NCBI GenBank assembly: GCA_041907145.1
Contig: JAYRHW010000189.1
Coordinates: 3,624 to 67,623, forward strand
Source of the DNA: Bdellovibrionota bacterium
GTDB lineage: Bacteria; Bdellovibrionota_C; UBA2361; JAFLCA01
Direction of reading: 5' to 3'
DNA length: 64,000 bases
Under the pieces are notes generated by a model. It worked only from the letters and a program-made list of their open reading frames with translations. It had not been told where the DNA came from and did not search any database. How positions within the stretch are numbered: the first letter of the stretch is position 1; each line of letters begins with the position of its first letter. Positions 38,177-47,741 of this stretch are shown in pieces. The position numbers and the translations under genes were made by a program.

Positions 38177-38504
38177 ACAAAACTCGGATAGCAAGATGTC
38201 GATTATTTGAAGAACTGCAAAGGCTGAGATTTTCACAATAACTTGTCTGCACCACATAATTCCGGCCGCCTGCGCTTTGATTGCTAGACGTAGTTCCCGA
38301 CGCCGGCATGGTCGGCGGATCGACTAGTCTCAGCTCGTCCAACCTGCGCTGCGCCAGCGCGGCGGCTCCCGAGCGCACTTCAGTATCAGTGTTGCGCTTC
38401 AAATGACTGACAAACGTGCTCGCCATAGTCGCCGACACAATCAAGAACAGCAGCATCGACACCATGACTTCGAGTAAGGTAAAACCAGAGGCTCCCTTCA
38501 TCAA
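38124..38504 (-). CDS. pilV: PilV-like type IV pilus minor pilin
   Basis: MMKGASG/FTLLEVMVSMLL prepilin signal. The ATG at ~38501 overlaps the upstream gene's stop as ATGA. Confidence 0.75.
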   Translation of the reverse strand: MMKGASGFTLLEVMVSMLLFLIVSATMASTFVSHLKRNTDTEVRSGAAALAQRRLDELRLVDPPTMPASGTTSSNQSAGGRNYVVQTSYCENLSLCSSSNNRHLAIRVLYAGGIVFQTETVYTRLR

Positions 38505-38953
38505 ACCCCCTGAAATCGGACACCGCCGCCGAGAAGAATCTCCACGGTACGGGAGCCACTTTGATTGTCGTTGATAGTTACTTCGGTATTACTGTCGGAC
38601 AGCCCGCGAGCGGTAAAGCATACCGCCCAACCGATACTGGCAAGCGACGCGCCGGTAGGCAGCGCCAAAGTCAACGAGGTATCAGGGACAGGTGCCGCAT
38701 CGCTGCAATTCATTCCTGCGCGAGTGATAACTGAGGATGTCGAAGTGGGGACGATGATGTATGCCGAAGTCGAGGAGATGGCTCGCGCGCGTGCCTGCTT
38801 CAAGAATCCAAGCAGCTGCGCCGCTCCATTCTCGGCGGGACTGCTCAGCGCCTTGAGATTCATCAAGGCGATGCCGGACAGAACCCCGATCAAGACAAGC
38901 ACGACCAGAATTTCTATGACGGTAAATCCACCAGCAAGACGACACCGACCCAC
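38501..38953 (-). CDS. FimT/GspH-like pseudopilin (GTG start)
   Basis: RLAGG/FTVIEILVVLVLIGVLSGIA prepilin-type N-terminus. Length 150 aa. Confidence 0.7.
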   Translation of the reverse strand: MGRCRLAGGFTVIEILVVLVLIGVLSGIALMNLKALSSPAENGAAQLLGFLKQARARAISSTSAYIIVPTSTSSVITRAGMNCSDAAPVPDTSLTLALPTGASLASIGWAVCFTARGLSDSNTEVTINDNQSGSRTVEILLGGGVRFQGV

Positions 38954-39361
38954 GATTCACCCCTTCCAGAGGTGGCCGCCCTATACGAGGCCTTGGCCAC
39001 TGACCAGCTACCCACTAACCCTTGCACCCACAAACCACGAGGGGCTGCAAGTTGGCGACCAGATGCGAATAAAGCCAGCGGCCTAGTAATTTCAGACCAT
39101 TAACCCTATGATTTCAGCGCTCGCAGAGATTCATTGCCTCTCTGCGTACCCATGGCTCTTCAAAACATGCGTAGGTAACGAATTGCCCAAAGTACGGAAG
39201 TTAAATACCCATTCTGGCTCAGCAATCGGGAAATTTATCGAATGCATCCTTATGGTGAGGGATAGGCATATAGCCCCAGTTAATTCCTGAAGGCCCGGCT
39301 TTATTAAGTATTTTGTTAACTTGCCGATATTACTAGGTAGACCGAATAATTAAGGACTGCG

Positions 39362-40549
39362 ATGAGAAGGCGTCCGCAAGATCCCGATAAGCGAGCAATT
39401 GAGCTCCCTAAGAGCTTACTAACCCCCGCTGGAGACATCGGCATAGTGTTGTCTGGAGGCGGAGCCAGGGCGGCCTATCAGGTCGGCGCTATGCGAGCCT
39501 TAGTTCCCTACTTCGAAAAGTCACAGGACCAGATATCAGTCGTCATCGGAAGCAGCATCGGCGCAATCAATGGCTTAGTGCTGGGTGCGGGACTAAAGAG
39601 CGGTGTTGATGCCGTCGTGGCTCAGCTTGAGTCCATGTGGCGCGAGCGCACGTTCAGAAACACTTTTCACGGCACGCCCTCCGGCGCATTCTTGCGCGCA
39701 ATTAAGCTGGCCTTCTTGCAGTACCGCGCGCCTGGCCCTAATGCGAGCTCAACCGCCGTCTTCGATCCGACTCCGCTGATGCAGCGGGTCGACGAAGCCA
39801 TTAACGGATTCGGCGGTCTCTCCCCCGAAGTGCGTCACCCCGGATTGAAGGCCGTGGGGGTCATGACCACCATGGAGGGTGCCGAACGAAAACCAATGCT
39901 ATTTTTGAGTTCGCACAAGCGCCTCGATACCGCCCTCCTAGAAGGCGCCTCATTTGAAATTTGCTACGTAGATAGTTTAAGTGCAAAGCACGGGTTTGCC
40001 TCAGCAGCGCTGCCCTCGGTGCTTCCTCCCGTAGAACTCGATACCGACCACGGCAAGGTACGCCTTGTTGACGGCGGAATTTCACAGAACATTCCGGTCG
40101 ATCCAGCGGTCCGACTGGGCGCCCAACGCGTAATAGTCATCGATATTTCGGGGCGCAGCTGGTGGCTTGACCAATACGGGGAAGCGCACGACACACGCCC
40201 GACTTGGGAGGTCCCTGCGGGTTTGAAGACCTTTTGTATGCGGCCTCCCGATACATTCGTGATTAAGCCTAACGGCGCGCTGGGCCCACTCCTTAAGAGC
40301 GCGGTTAGTTCCTCGACCCGCAAATTTATCGCAGCTGTCGGCCCCGTCTGGCCGGTGTTTCAGTTACTCAAGAAAAAGCTGGGCGAAGACGTAGCTTTCG
40401 AAGTTATGTCGTACGTCGCCCTCGACTCGGATTATCTTGGCGCACTGATTGAGGCGGGTTACAACGAGACACTGCAGCATTTAAAAAACCGCACCCAAGT
40501 CGAATTCAAACATCAAGATTCCTACGAAAAATGGGCTCAGGCGCTCTGA
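39362..40549 (+). CDS. patatin-like phospholipase with extended C-terminal region
   Basis: GIVLSGGGARAAYQVGAMRAL oxyanion motif, GSSIG nucleophile elbow, and DGG near the catalytic Asp. Confidence 0.85.
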   Translation: MRRRPQDPDKRAIELPKSLLTPAGDIGIVLSGGGARAAYQVGAMRALVPYFEKSQDQISVVIGSSIGAINGLVLGAGLKSGVDAVVAQLESMWRERTFRNTFHGTPSGAFLRAIKLAFLQYRAPGPNASSTAVFDPTPLMQRVDEAINGFGGLSPEVRHPGLKAVGVMTTMEGAERKPMLFLSSHKRLDTALLEGASFEICYVDSLSAKHGFASAALPSVLPPVELDTDHGKVRLVDGGISQNIPVDPAVRLGAQRVIVIDISGRSWWLDQYGEAHDTRPTWEVPAGLKTFCMRPPDTFVIKPNGALGPLLKSAVSSSTRKFIAAVGPVWPVFQLLKKKLGEDVAFEVMSYVALDSDYLGALIEAGYNETLQHLKNRTQVEFKHQDSYEKWAQAL

Positions 40550-41220
40550 GCCTCATTCCCTCGCGCTAGGTTTTTCTGCGGGCAACGCGCCGGCACATCT
40601 TGAAATTGTATGATGGCATGCGCCAGTTCCTCGGCCTGACTAGGCCCTGAAGTTTTGAGGTGCCAGCTCGTCGGCAAGCGCTTCTCGAGGCGCACTGCCT
40701 CCTGTTGAATGAAGTCGCCAGCCTGATCGGTGGTTGCTAAGAGGACTGGACAACGAATCCGCTGAACATAAGGCTTGGAATCGAATCCGGGATCGCGATG
40801 CCGAAAGGGCAGCCCAAGGGGCAAGAACTTTTCCGCCGCATCAATCAGGCGAGAGTAGATCGTAGGATGCGCGCGCGAGGTAGCATCAACCAGCGCTAGC
40901 GTTCTAACGAGTTTCAATTCGGTGAGACAGAGATTCTGAACCAGAGCACCCGCAGCTCCGAACGCAACGAACGATGCCTGACGAATGTTCTTTGCGCGAA
41001 GCACCGTCAGCAACTCTGCACTAAGTATCTGCCAATTTTCAGCCGTAATTGGCGCGCACGCAAGTACCAGCACCTTCGACTTAGCGCTCATTCGCTGCGC
41101 TACGTCACTGGATAAGAGCTCATATGCGCTCTGCTCGCGAATAAGAACAAATGCACGCCCTGTGCCGACTTCAGAGACGGCAACAATAGAAGGAGAATTT
41201 GTAGATTCGTTAACTGCCAC
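40537..41220 (-). CDS. hypothetical protein, possibly degenerate alpha/beta-hydrolase fold
   Basis: 227-aa ORF convergent with the patatin gene. No clear nucleophile motif. Confidence 0.4.
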   Translation of the reverse strand: MAVNESTNSPSIVAVSEVGTGRAFVLIREQSAYELLSSDVAQRMSAKSKVLVLACAPITAENWQILSAELLTVLRAKNIRQASFVAFGAAGALVQNLCLTELKLVRTLALVDATSRAHPTIYSRLIDAAEKFLPLGLPFRHRDPGFDSKPYVQRIRCPVLLATTDQAGDFIQQEAVRLEKRLPTSWHLKTSGPSQAEELAHAIIQFQDVPARCPQKNLARGNEAQSA

Positions 41221-41447
41221 AGCAATTCCGCGCGGTATTAATAGCTCTCCGATGCACTAAGGCCGAACATTGAGACCACCGCAACTGCCCTTTGTCAATA
41301 GCACTAACTCGTGTGAATGGTGATTCTAATACTGTCGATTTGATAGCCAATTTCTTGCTTCCCCGTATTTGATCTAGGTTTTGAATTATGTAAAGTTAGT
41401 GGAAAGCGGCGAGGACTAGATTGTCCTTCGCCTCGAGTTGGAACCCC

Positions 41448-41777
41448 ATGATCGGAAAGCCGGGTCCTTTTCAAATTGTCGAAAGCGAAGGTTGCGGTCT
41501 CGTCGATGCCCCGATGAACGCCCCGCGCCGAAGATATTGTTGTTCAAATTACGCCACCTGTTTAGACCTAGCCGCTGCCCTCAATTGGGACAACTTCACC
41601 TGCCGCGGTTGCAGCGGAGAAATTGAAGAGACGCTCTACTGGAGAGCTCATCAGGCTAGCAAAAAAGATAATGTTGCTCGTACTATCTGCGATCTGCCCG
41701 GCATCAAGTACGTGGCCCCGGAGCCCTCAGGTACCTCCGTCGCGATGGAGCCCCTCAAGTTGGTGGTTAAGCGTTAG
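41448..41777 (+). CDS. small Cys-rich hypothetical protein
   Basis: Eight Cys in ~110 aa (CGLVD...RYCCSNYATCLD...FTCRGCSG). The track ORF starts at TTG 41421. An imperfect hairpin GGCGAGGAC-N6-GTCCTTCGCC sits immediately upstream of and overlapping the TTG. Confidence 0.4.
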   Translation: MIGKPGPFQIVESEGCGLVDAPMNAPRRRYCCSNYATCLDLAAALNWDNFTCRGCSGEIEETLYWRAHQASKKDNVARTICDLPGIKYVAPEPSGTSVAMEPLKLVVKR

Positions 41778-41791
41778 CCCAAGGCTTACCG

Positions 41792-43768
41792 TTAATTCAC
41801 TTGCCGAGCTGCAATAAATAGCCGTTCCACATTGCCGTAAATCACGCCTTCAAGCTGCGGCACATTAATCACATAACTGTTCAGTGTTGCAGTGACGCTA
41901 TACGAATTGCCGTAGTCGACCGTAAAATTGGCTCGGCCTTGGGAATCGGTCATCGCCGTCTCCCCGGTTCCTAGTAATATCGCCGCATACGGCATCGGAT
42001 TTCCTAAAGTATCCCGAACCGAGACGGTCAGCGTGTATTGCTTCGGCGCAACCTGGAAATTCACAGAGGTATCGCCGCTAGCGTAGCCGGACATCTGACG
42101 GAACACCAAGCCGCTGGCCTCGGCCCTCAAGCTATACTGACTAGGTCCTGGAAGGTTCTTGAGCTGGTACCGCCCGTCGGGGCCGGTGAATGCCGTGTAC
42201 TGACCCTTCTCGAGCGACAAGGTCAGTTTGGCGCCCGATACCGGCTGCCCGGCTGATCCGGTAACCATACCCGACATCACGAAGGAAATCGGGGATGGAA
42301 TCGGCGTTGGTGTAGCCGTTGGCGCAGGTGTCGGCGTTAGAGTTGGAACTGGAGTCGGCGTTGGTATTGATGGCGTCGGTGTGGGGGCCGGAACAGAGAC
42401 GGCCGAAAGCAACATGTTATACGCATCGACGTAGCGGCTGTTTATCACTCTACCGGTGAGCGACGGGATCGAACGCGCCGAGTCTAGAAGAGTCTTTTTT
42501 AGTTCAGTGGCGTGTAAACTTGGGCGGAACGACTTAAGCAGCGCTATGGCGCCAGTTATATGCGGACACGCCATCGAGGTGCCCTGCAGGTACACGTATT
42601 TGTTGCCTGGGTATGTGCTGGCAATTGAAACACCAGGTGCCGCAATCATGACGCTGCTTCCACCGTAATTGGAGAATGAGGCCAGGTCACCGTTGGAGTC
42701 TACTGCAGCGACTGAAATCACATTAGACAAAGGATAGCTGGCCGGATACTGAGGCGAGCTGTCCATATTGATGGATGAGTTGCCGGCCGCCGCGATGAAG
42801 AGAATATCAAGATCACGCGAAGCGGCAATCGCAGCCTCAAGTTCCGGAATTCGACCGCCGCCGCCCCAGGAATTGTTGGTAGCAACGATGTTCACTCCGC
42901 TCTTCTTGAGGTTGTTTACATAGTCCAGAGCCCTAATTGCATCGTATAGTTGGCCACTGCCCTGAGAGTTCAAGAACTTTACCGGGATTATTTGTACCTT
43001 CCCTGCGATGCCGGCAACGCCCAGATTGTTGTCAAAGGATGCACCGATAGTTCCACTGACATGCGTGCCGTGCCCATTATCGTCAAAAGGGTTGCCGTTG
43101 CTGCTGACCGCGTTGAATCCATGAATGTCGTCGACTATGCCGTTCCCATCATCGTCTCGATTGTTGCCAGCAATTTCTCGCGGATTGGTCCAGATGACAT
43201 CGGCGAGATCGGGATGGGTGTAGTCGGCACCCGTGTCAATGACTGCCACTATCGTGTCCGGAGAGCCGGTACACATGTCCCAGGCCTGCGTCATTTTCAT
43301 CGACGATACCGCCCATTGGTAGGCCAAATAGGTATCTCCCGGGCTCTTGAGCGCATTGAATACGACGTTCAGACTGCAAGAGAAACCGCGATTCACCGTA
43401 TGCTGATGGACATTGATGCGGCCCGCCAAACCAGCACGACGAACTTTCAAAACTTCTGCACGATTTCTCGCTTTGAGAGCGGCGCAGGGATTCCAGCGGG
43501 TCACCGATGCTAAGTCAGAGGCCTGAGGCTCACCATCAAGGGGCGTATCGGCCTCGACCACCAGTGTCGCATGGTCCGTTTCATCCGCGATAAAGAGCTC
43601 GCGGGGAGAGGCCTCCTCTAACGCATCGAGAGCCTTTTGTTGAAGCGGCGCAGCAAGCTCCCGCTTCATGACATACTGGCCCTTGACGTAGGTATCAGTG
43701 ACCTCGACCTCCTGAGCAAAAGCCGATCCGGCAGCAAGCAACAGTGAAAGTAGCGCGATACGTTTCAT
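41792..43768 (-). CDS. secreted subtilisin-family (S8) serine protease with Pro/Thr linker and two C-terminal carboxypeptidase-regulatory-like domains
   Basis: Signal peptide MKRIALLSLLLAAGSAFA; catalytic triad motifs AVIDTGADYTHPDL, HGTHVSGTIGA, GTSMACPHITG; linker PAPTPTPSIPTPTPVPTLTPTPAPTATPTPIPSP. Strong GAGGAGG RBS. Confidence 0.9.
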   Translation of the reverse strand: MKRIALLSLLLAAGSAFAQEVEVTDTYVKGQYVMKRELAAPLQQKALDALEEASPRELFIADETDHATLVVEADTPLDGEPQASDLASVTRWNPCAALKARNRAEVLKVRRAGLAGRINVHQHTVNRGFSCSLNVVFNALKSPGDTYLAYQWAVSSMKMTQAWDMCTGSPDTIVAVIDTGADYTHPDLADVIWTNPREIAGNNRDDDGNGIVDDIHGFNAVSSNGNPFDDNGHGTHVSGTIGASFDNNLGVAGIAGKVQIIPVKFLNSQGSGQLYDAIRALDYVNNLKKSGVNIVATNNSWGGGGRIPELEAAIAASRDLDILFIAAAGNSSINMDSSPQYPASYPLSNVISVAAVDSNGDLASFSNYGGSSVMIAAPGVSIASTYPGNKYVYLQGTSMACPHITGAIALLKSFRPSLHATELKKTLLDSARSIPSLTGRVINSRYVDAYNMLLSAVSVPAPTPTPSIPTPTPVPTLTPTPAPTATPTPIPSPISFVMSGMVTGSAGQPVSGAKLTLSLEKGQYTAFTGPDGRYQLKNLPGPSQYSLRAEASGLVFRQMSGYASGDTSVNFQVAPKQYTLTVSVRDTLGNPMPYAAILLGTGETAMTDSQGRANFTVDYGNSYSVTATLNSYVINVPQLEGVIYGNVERLFIAARQVN

Positions 43769-43774
43769 CTCTTG

Positions 43775-46700
43775 CTACCTCCTCGCTGCTCTAGACTTCG
43801 GTTTGGGGGTCGGCGCGACCTTCTTCTTGGATCCAGTACTCGAACTTCCGGACGAAGAATTGGGACGAACGCGGACCGCAAAGTGCAACCCACCGAGATC
43901 GGATTCCTTCTTGTCAAGATCCTCGGTCCATCCCACGTACGATACCGGCACCGAGGTTACTTCCAAGCGCCCGGTGGCTGATTCGCCAGAGAGCTCGATG
44001 CGGCAATAGTCGTCAGGGAGGATGCCGTTCCAGCGGAAGTTGCTATCAATACCGAAGGAGTAGCGGCCCATGGTCGCGCAGTTGGCGATGATCTTTATAT
44101 CGAAAGTCTTCAGTTGGCTCTTCTCGCTGGCCGACAGTTTACGTCCATTTTGGCTGCTCTTGAGTTCTCCGCCCATAAGGAAGGCCATCGGGGTCGGGGT
44201 AGCGCTCGGAATCGGACTCGGAGTCCAGGTCGGCGTGGCGGTTGGGGTATCGGTAGGATCCGGAGTTTCGCCAGGTTTTGGAGTCGCTGTCGAGGTCGGA
44301 GTTGCCGAAGGCGTCGCCGTTGCAGTTGGCTGCACGCACTGAGTTAAGCCTGATGCCTTGGTGTCATGGAGGCTGCCGAAGGCGTAAATGCGTACCGTAT
44401 TGGCACTATTGAAGTCGCGCGGAGTCTCAAAGGTAGTATCGCTATTTGCCGCAGCCACGAAGCTGCCACGGAAGTTAGTGGCGTACATATCCCAATCGAC
44501 CTGCACATTTGAATTGTTCGAATTACGGACGCGCCACATGAGCTTGGAACTTGGATCGTCGGAACATAGGGACGTCAAGCGCAAGAGGGCCGGCGAGGTC
44601 GGAGTCGCAGTCGGAGTTACTGTAGGTGTCCTTGTCGGAGTAGCAGTAGCCGTCGCAGTCGGAGTTCTGGTCGGAGTCGCCGAATTAGTAGCCGTTGGCG
44701 TACTCGTCGGAGTAAAGGTTGGTGACGGAGTTCTTGTCGGGGTCGCAGTGTTCGTCGGCATCGGCGTGCTCGTTGCCGTCGGAGAATTGGTTGCTGTCGG
44801 CGTACTTGTCGGGGCTACCGTCGGAGTAACGCAAGGACCCTCGTAGTCATACGGATGCTTGTCGAGGTGCTGCTCATGAGCTTTGCCCTTCGACATGCTC
44901 ATCGTTTGCGTGGATTCCGGATTACCGGGCGCTACGTGACAGAAGACTATCTCCCCGTCGTTCGTAGGTGTAGCGCTGGCGGTGGCTGTTACGGTCGGGG
45001 TGGTCGTAACCACCGGCGTCTTGGTCGGAGATGGTGTTACGGTAGGAGTTGCCGTATTTGTAGCCGTTGGGGTTCTCGTAGCCGTAGCAGTCGAAGTCGC
45101 CGTCGGAGTAATAGTCGCCGTCGCCGTGAATGTTGCTGTCGGCAAGGGCGTAGCAGTACTAGTAGCTGTCGGGGTTATCGTCGAAGTCGGAGTTCTCGTC
45201 GGAGTGGCAGTTACCGTAGCCGTATTTGTTGGGGTGGCGGTCCTCGTTGCCGTCGGAGTTACCGTTGAAGTCGACGTCACGGTCGGAGTTGGCGTCGCAG
45301 TACGAGTCGGCGTCGCAGTCGGGGTGTTCGTTGCTGTCGGAGTTGATGTCGGTGTTGGACCAACCTGAGCACTGGAACGGAAATTGAGATAGTAGAGGTC
45401 GCGTGCCGCAGTTCCAGTGTATTGGTCCGGCGTCATGGACGAATCCTGGTATTCAGCCGTAACGATGTACTCCGAGCCCTCCGGAACCGTGATGGAGTAG
45501 ATACCCTGCTCGTTCGTTTCAGTGCTGCGGGTCCGCTCGTCATAATTGAGAGTTATCTTGGCGCCTGGAATTTGATAGCCCCAGAAATCGAGCACCGTTC
45601 CGGATAACACGAAGCTGCGCACGTTTATTTCGCGGAAATCTATGTCGGGAGTGTCGCAGCGAATGTTCGGGATGGAAACCGCAGCCGGATCAAAATAGCG
45701 ATCATTATACTCAACTGACACCCAGTTATTTGCAATGGCAGGTGAAGTAAACTGATAGTGCCCCTGCTCATCCGTGTAGGTAACAACATCATGATTGTTG
45801 AGGATTGCCGCTTGTGAAATCGGCTGACCAGACTGATCGATCACTCGCCCGCTGACGACGTAGGAGTCCTGGACCGGGCAAATGGAACCCCGGGTCGGCA
45901 GCCGTGTTGATGGCACCGGCAAAACAGCGCGGAAATTGACTCCGGCGTATGCGCGCATCACGTCGACGAACGAAATTTGCAGCGGATCAAAAACCATATT
46001 GCCCGAAGCGACTCGTAGCGAATAGCTGCCGCCTTCATTAACGCTGAGGACGTATTCTCCGCGGGAATTCGTGGTGCCAACATTTACTTCGTTAAGATAG
46101 ACGGCAGCGCCGGGCTGAGGAAAGCCATCAGGGTTATAGACAACGCCGCTAATGCCCTGCTTCGGGGTTCCAGACTGTCCAGCTCGCGCGATGAATTCAC
46201 CGCTCGAGGCACTACTCGTGGCGCAAAAGCGGAAAGGTGTGGTGCTCACGTGATCAAGGGTGTAGCCAGACAGAGCACCGATCACGGGAACATAGTCATC
46301 TCGCTTGCCGCTGTTGTCGTCATTACAGAAAGTCTGCTGCTCGGCCGGAAAGTAAATCTTTCCGCTTTGATCCGTGATTTGCGATAGAGTCGGACCATCT
46401 TCGTACAAATCCGGTACGGTAATGCGAGCACCGCTCATGGGATCCGAGTTAGCGTCTAAGACCTGCCAAGCGACTGCGTTCTGCTTCACTCCGTTAGTGA
46501 CGGCATGAAATAGGATCTTGGTAGTGGGGCCTGTAGGTGTAAGCGCGATGCGCGGGGGCGAGAACTGAAAGTTTCCCTTCGGGACAAGATTGATAATGGT
46601 GTTCGGGGCGACGCCAAGCTGTGCGGTGGTAATCCTGAGATTTCCGCTGCCGTCAGTACTGCGGGCGGACTTCGTCAGCGCAGCCACTCCGGAATCTCCC

Positions 46701-47491
46701 AGGAACTCAACTCCCGCCACGCCCGCTCCCGTCGAACTCTCGACCCGGATTTGATAGGTAACCGACGAGCCGACTGACTGCGGTGCGACCGGTGCGCATG
46801 CGGCAGTAACATATCCGTTCACGACATTAGCGTTAGGACATACTTGATTGGCTGGAGTCGAGCGCGATGTGAAGATGCAATCTTGATTGCTCGGACTAAC
46901 TGCAAATGCAGTTACATAGTTGTTATCAAGATCGGCATCGCGATCGTTACAGACTGTCGCAAGACGAGGGACGGAGAAGAAAACAGCACCGTCCCGGTCG
47001 GTCACTCGTTGCGAAGGACCAAGCGCGTTCGGGCTAGTCACTGGAATGCCTTCCAATCCCCGACCAGTCGAATTCGCGACCACCCAGCGCACTACCGACG
47101 ATTGATTTCCGCTAAGCACTCTGACGTCGCAGTTGAATTGCGGACAATTTTCGCGACTTACGCGGAGTTCAGGGGGATCGAATGAGACATTTCTGGAAGG
47201 ATGATAGTAGGTCACCGTGGGGGTGGCCGAATCGAGATTCTCCGTGATAATTGACACCAGACCTGAACTGGAGCTGAACATAGCGGGCTGGCGGCTCACA
47301 CCGTAGTTACCGGTTACCGATATCCCGTCGAGCGGAAGGTCGGCATCTGAGTAAAAGCGGATTTTAAAGGTATCAGCGTGCGCAGGCTTTATGACGAGCA
47401 GCACAGCAACCGTAGCCAGCAAAAATGCACTGACGAACCGCGCAAGACGCAGGAGCTGACCGAGTGATGTACCGTGGGACTGTGACTGCAC
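43775..47491 (-). CDS. giant secreted/surface protein: N-terminal signal/anchor, multiple carboxypeptidase-regulatory-like (CarbopepD_reg-type) domains, >300 aa of Thr/Pro/Ala tandem repeats, basic C-terminal tail
   Basis: 1238 aa. Repeated G(V/R)V(I/Y).xxGxPxxGAxV...TDxxGxYxF-type units, then three TP-rich blocks (e.g. [57 protein letters not shown]...), and a C-terminal [17 protein letters not shown] tail. GTG start. Confidence 0.8.
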   Translation of the reverse strand: MQSQSHGTSLGQLLRLARFVSAFLLATVAVLLVIKPAHADTFKIRFYSDADLPLDGISVTGNYGVSRQPAMFSSSSGLVSIITENLDSATPTVTYYHPSRNVSFDPPELRVSRENCPQFNCDVRVLSGNQSSVVRWVVANSTGRGLEGIPVTSPNALGPSQRVTDRDGAVFFSVPRLATVCNDRDADLDNNYVTAFAVSPSNQDCIFTSRSTPANQVCPNANVVNGYVTAACAPVAPQSVGSSVTYQIRVESSTGAGVAGVEFLGDSGVAALTKSARSTDGSGNLRITTAQLGVAPNTIINLVPKGNFQFSPPRIALTPTGPTTKILFHAVTNGVKQNAVAWQVLDANSDPMSGARITVPDLYEDGPTLSQITDQSGKIYFPAEQQTFCNDDNSGKRDDYVPVIGALSGYTLDHVSTTPFRFCATSSASSGEFIARAGQSGTPKQGISGVVYNPDGFPQPGAAVYLNEVNVGTTNSRGEYVLSVNEGGSYSLRVASGNMVFDPLQISFVDVMRAYAGVNFRAVLPVPSTRLPTRGSICPVQDSYVVSGRVIDQSGQPISQAAILNNHDVVTYTDEQGHYQFTSPAIANNWVSVEYNDRYFDPAAVSIPNIRCDTPDIDFREINVRSFVLSGTVLDFWGYQIPGAKITLNYDERTRSTETNEQGIYSITVPEGSEYIVTAEYQDSSMTPDQYTGTAARDLYYLNFRSSAQVGPTPTSTPTATNTPTATPTRTATPTPTVTSTSTVTPTATRTATPTNTATVTATPTRTPTSTITPTATSTATPLPTATFTATATITPTATSTATATRTPTATNTATPTVTPSPTKTPVVTTTPTVTATASATPTNDGEIVFCHVAPGNPESTQTMSMSKGKAHEQHLDKHPYDYEGPCVTPTVAPTSTPTATNSPTATSTPMPTNTATPTRTPSPTFTPTSTPTATNSATPTRTPTATATATPTRTPTVTPTATPTSPALLRLTSLCSDDPSSKLMWRVRNSNNSNVQVDWDMYATNFRGSFVAAANSDTTFETPRDFNSANTVRIYAFGSLHDTKASGLTQCVQPTATATPSATPTSTATPKPGETPDPTDTPTATPTWTPSPIPSATPTPMAFLMGGELKSSQNGRKLSASEKSQLKTFDIKIIANCATMGRYSFGIDSNFRWNGILPDDYCRIELSGESATGRLEVTSVPVSYVGWTEDLDKKESDLGGLHFAVRVRPNSSSGSSSTGSKKKVAPTPKPKSRAARR
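44185..45365. repeat. coding low-complexity tandem repeat region (ACN/CCN codon repeats encoding Thr/Pro/Ala linker blocks)
   Basis: Visible degenerate periodic DNA (gtcggagt.gc.gt.. units) in three blocks. It produces spurious GV-rich ORFs on the opposite strand. Confidence 0.7.
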
Positions 47492-47741
47492 GCTGCTTTG
47501 TTCAAACTGCCGGGAGGCCTATTCCTCTCCGGTCACCCCAAGCCTTTCGTGCAATTTGCGCAAACCGTTGAGGTTCTGCGCCAGAAAATCTTGCCCCTTC
47601 AATAAGTTACGAAACTCCCCTACGCACTCCACCTAGGGCCGTACTACCAGTGCGATTGCCTCGGCTATATTGGCGTATATCCCTTAGTCCCGGCGCAGCC
47701 ACATTGGGGAGAAGAATCGGACTGGACCCGCCTGATTACGA

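Noticed and set aside
38954-39361. Sigma-54 or AlgR-type promoter in the 408-nt divergent region between the pilin operon and the patatin gene
   Set aside because: No TGGCAC-N5-TTGC match on either strand, and only short imperfect inverted repeats.
39362-40549. Patatin as a CBASS/defence-system effector
   Set aside because: No nucleotidyltransferase, cyclase, sensor or other defence gene is adjacent. The flanking genes are pilins and hydrolase-like.
44070-45368. Three plus-strand ORFs (90-152 aa) rich in Gly/Val/Ala
   Set aside because: They are reverse-frame translations of the Thr/Pro codon repeats inside the giant minus-strand gene, so they are a composition artefact.
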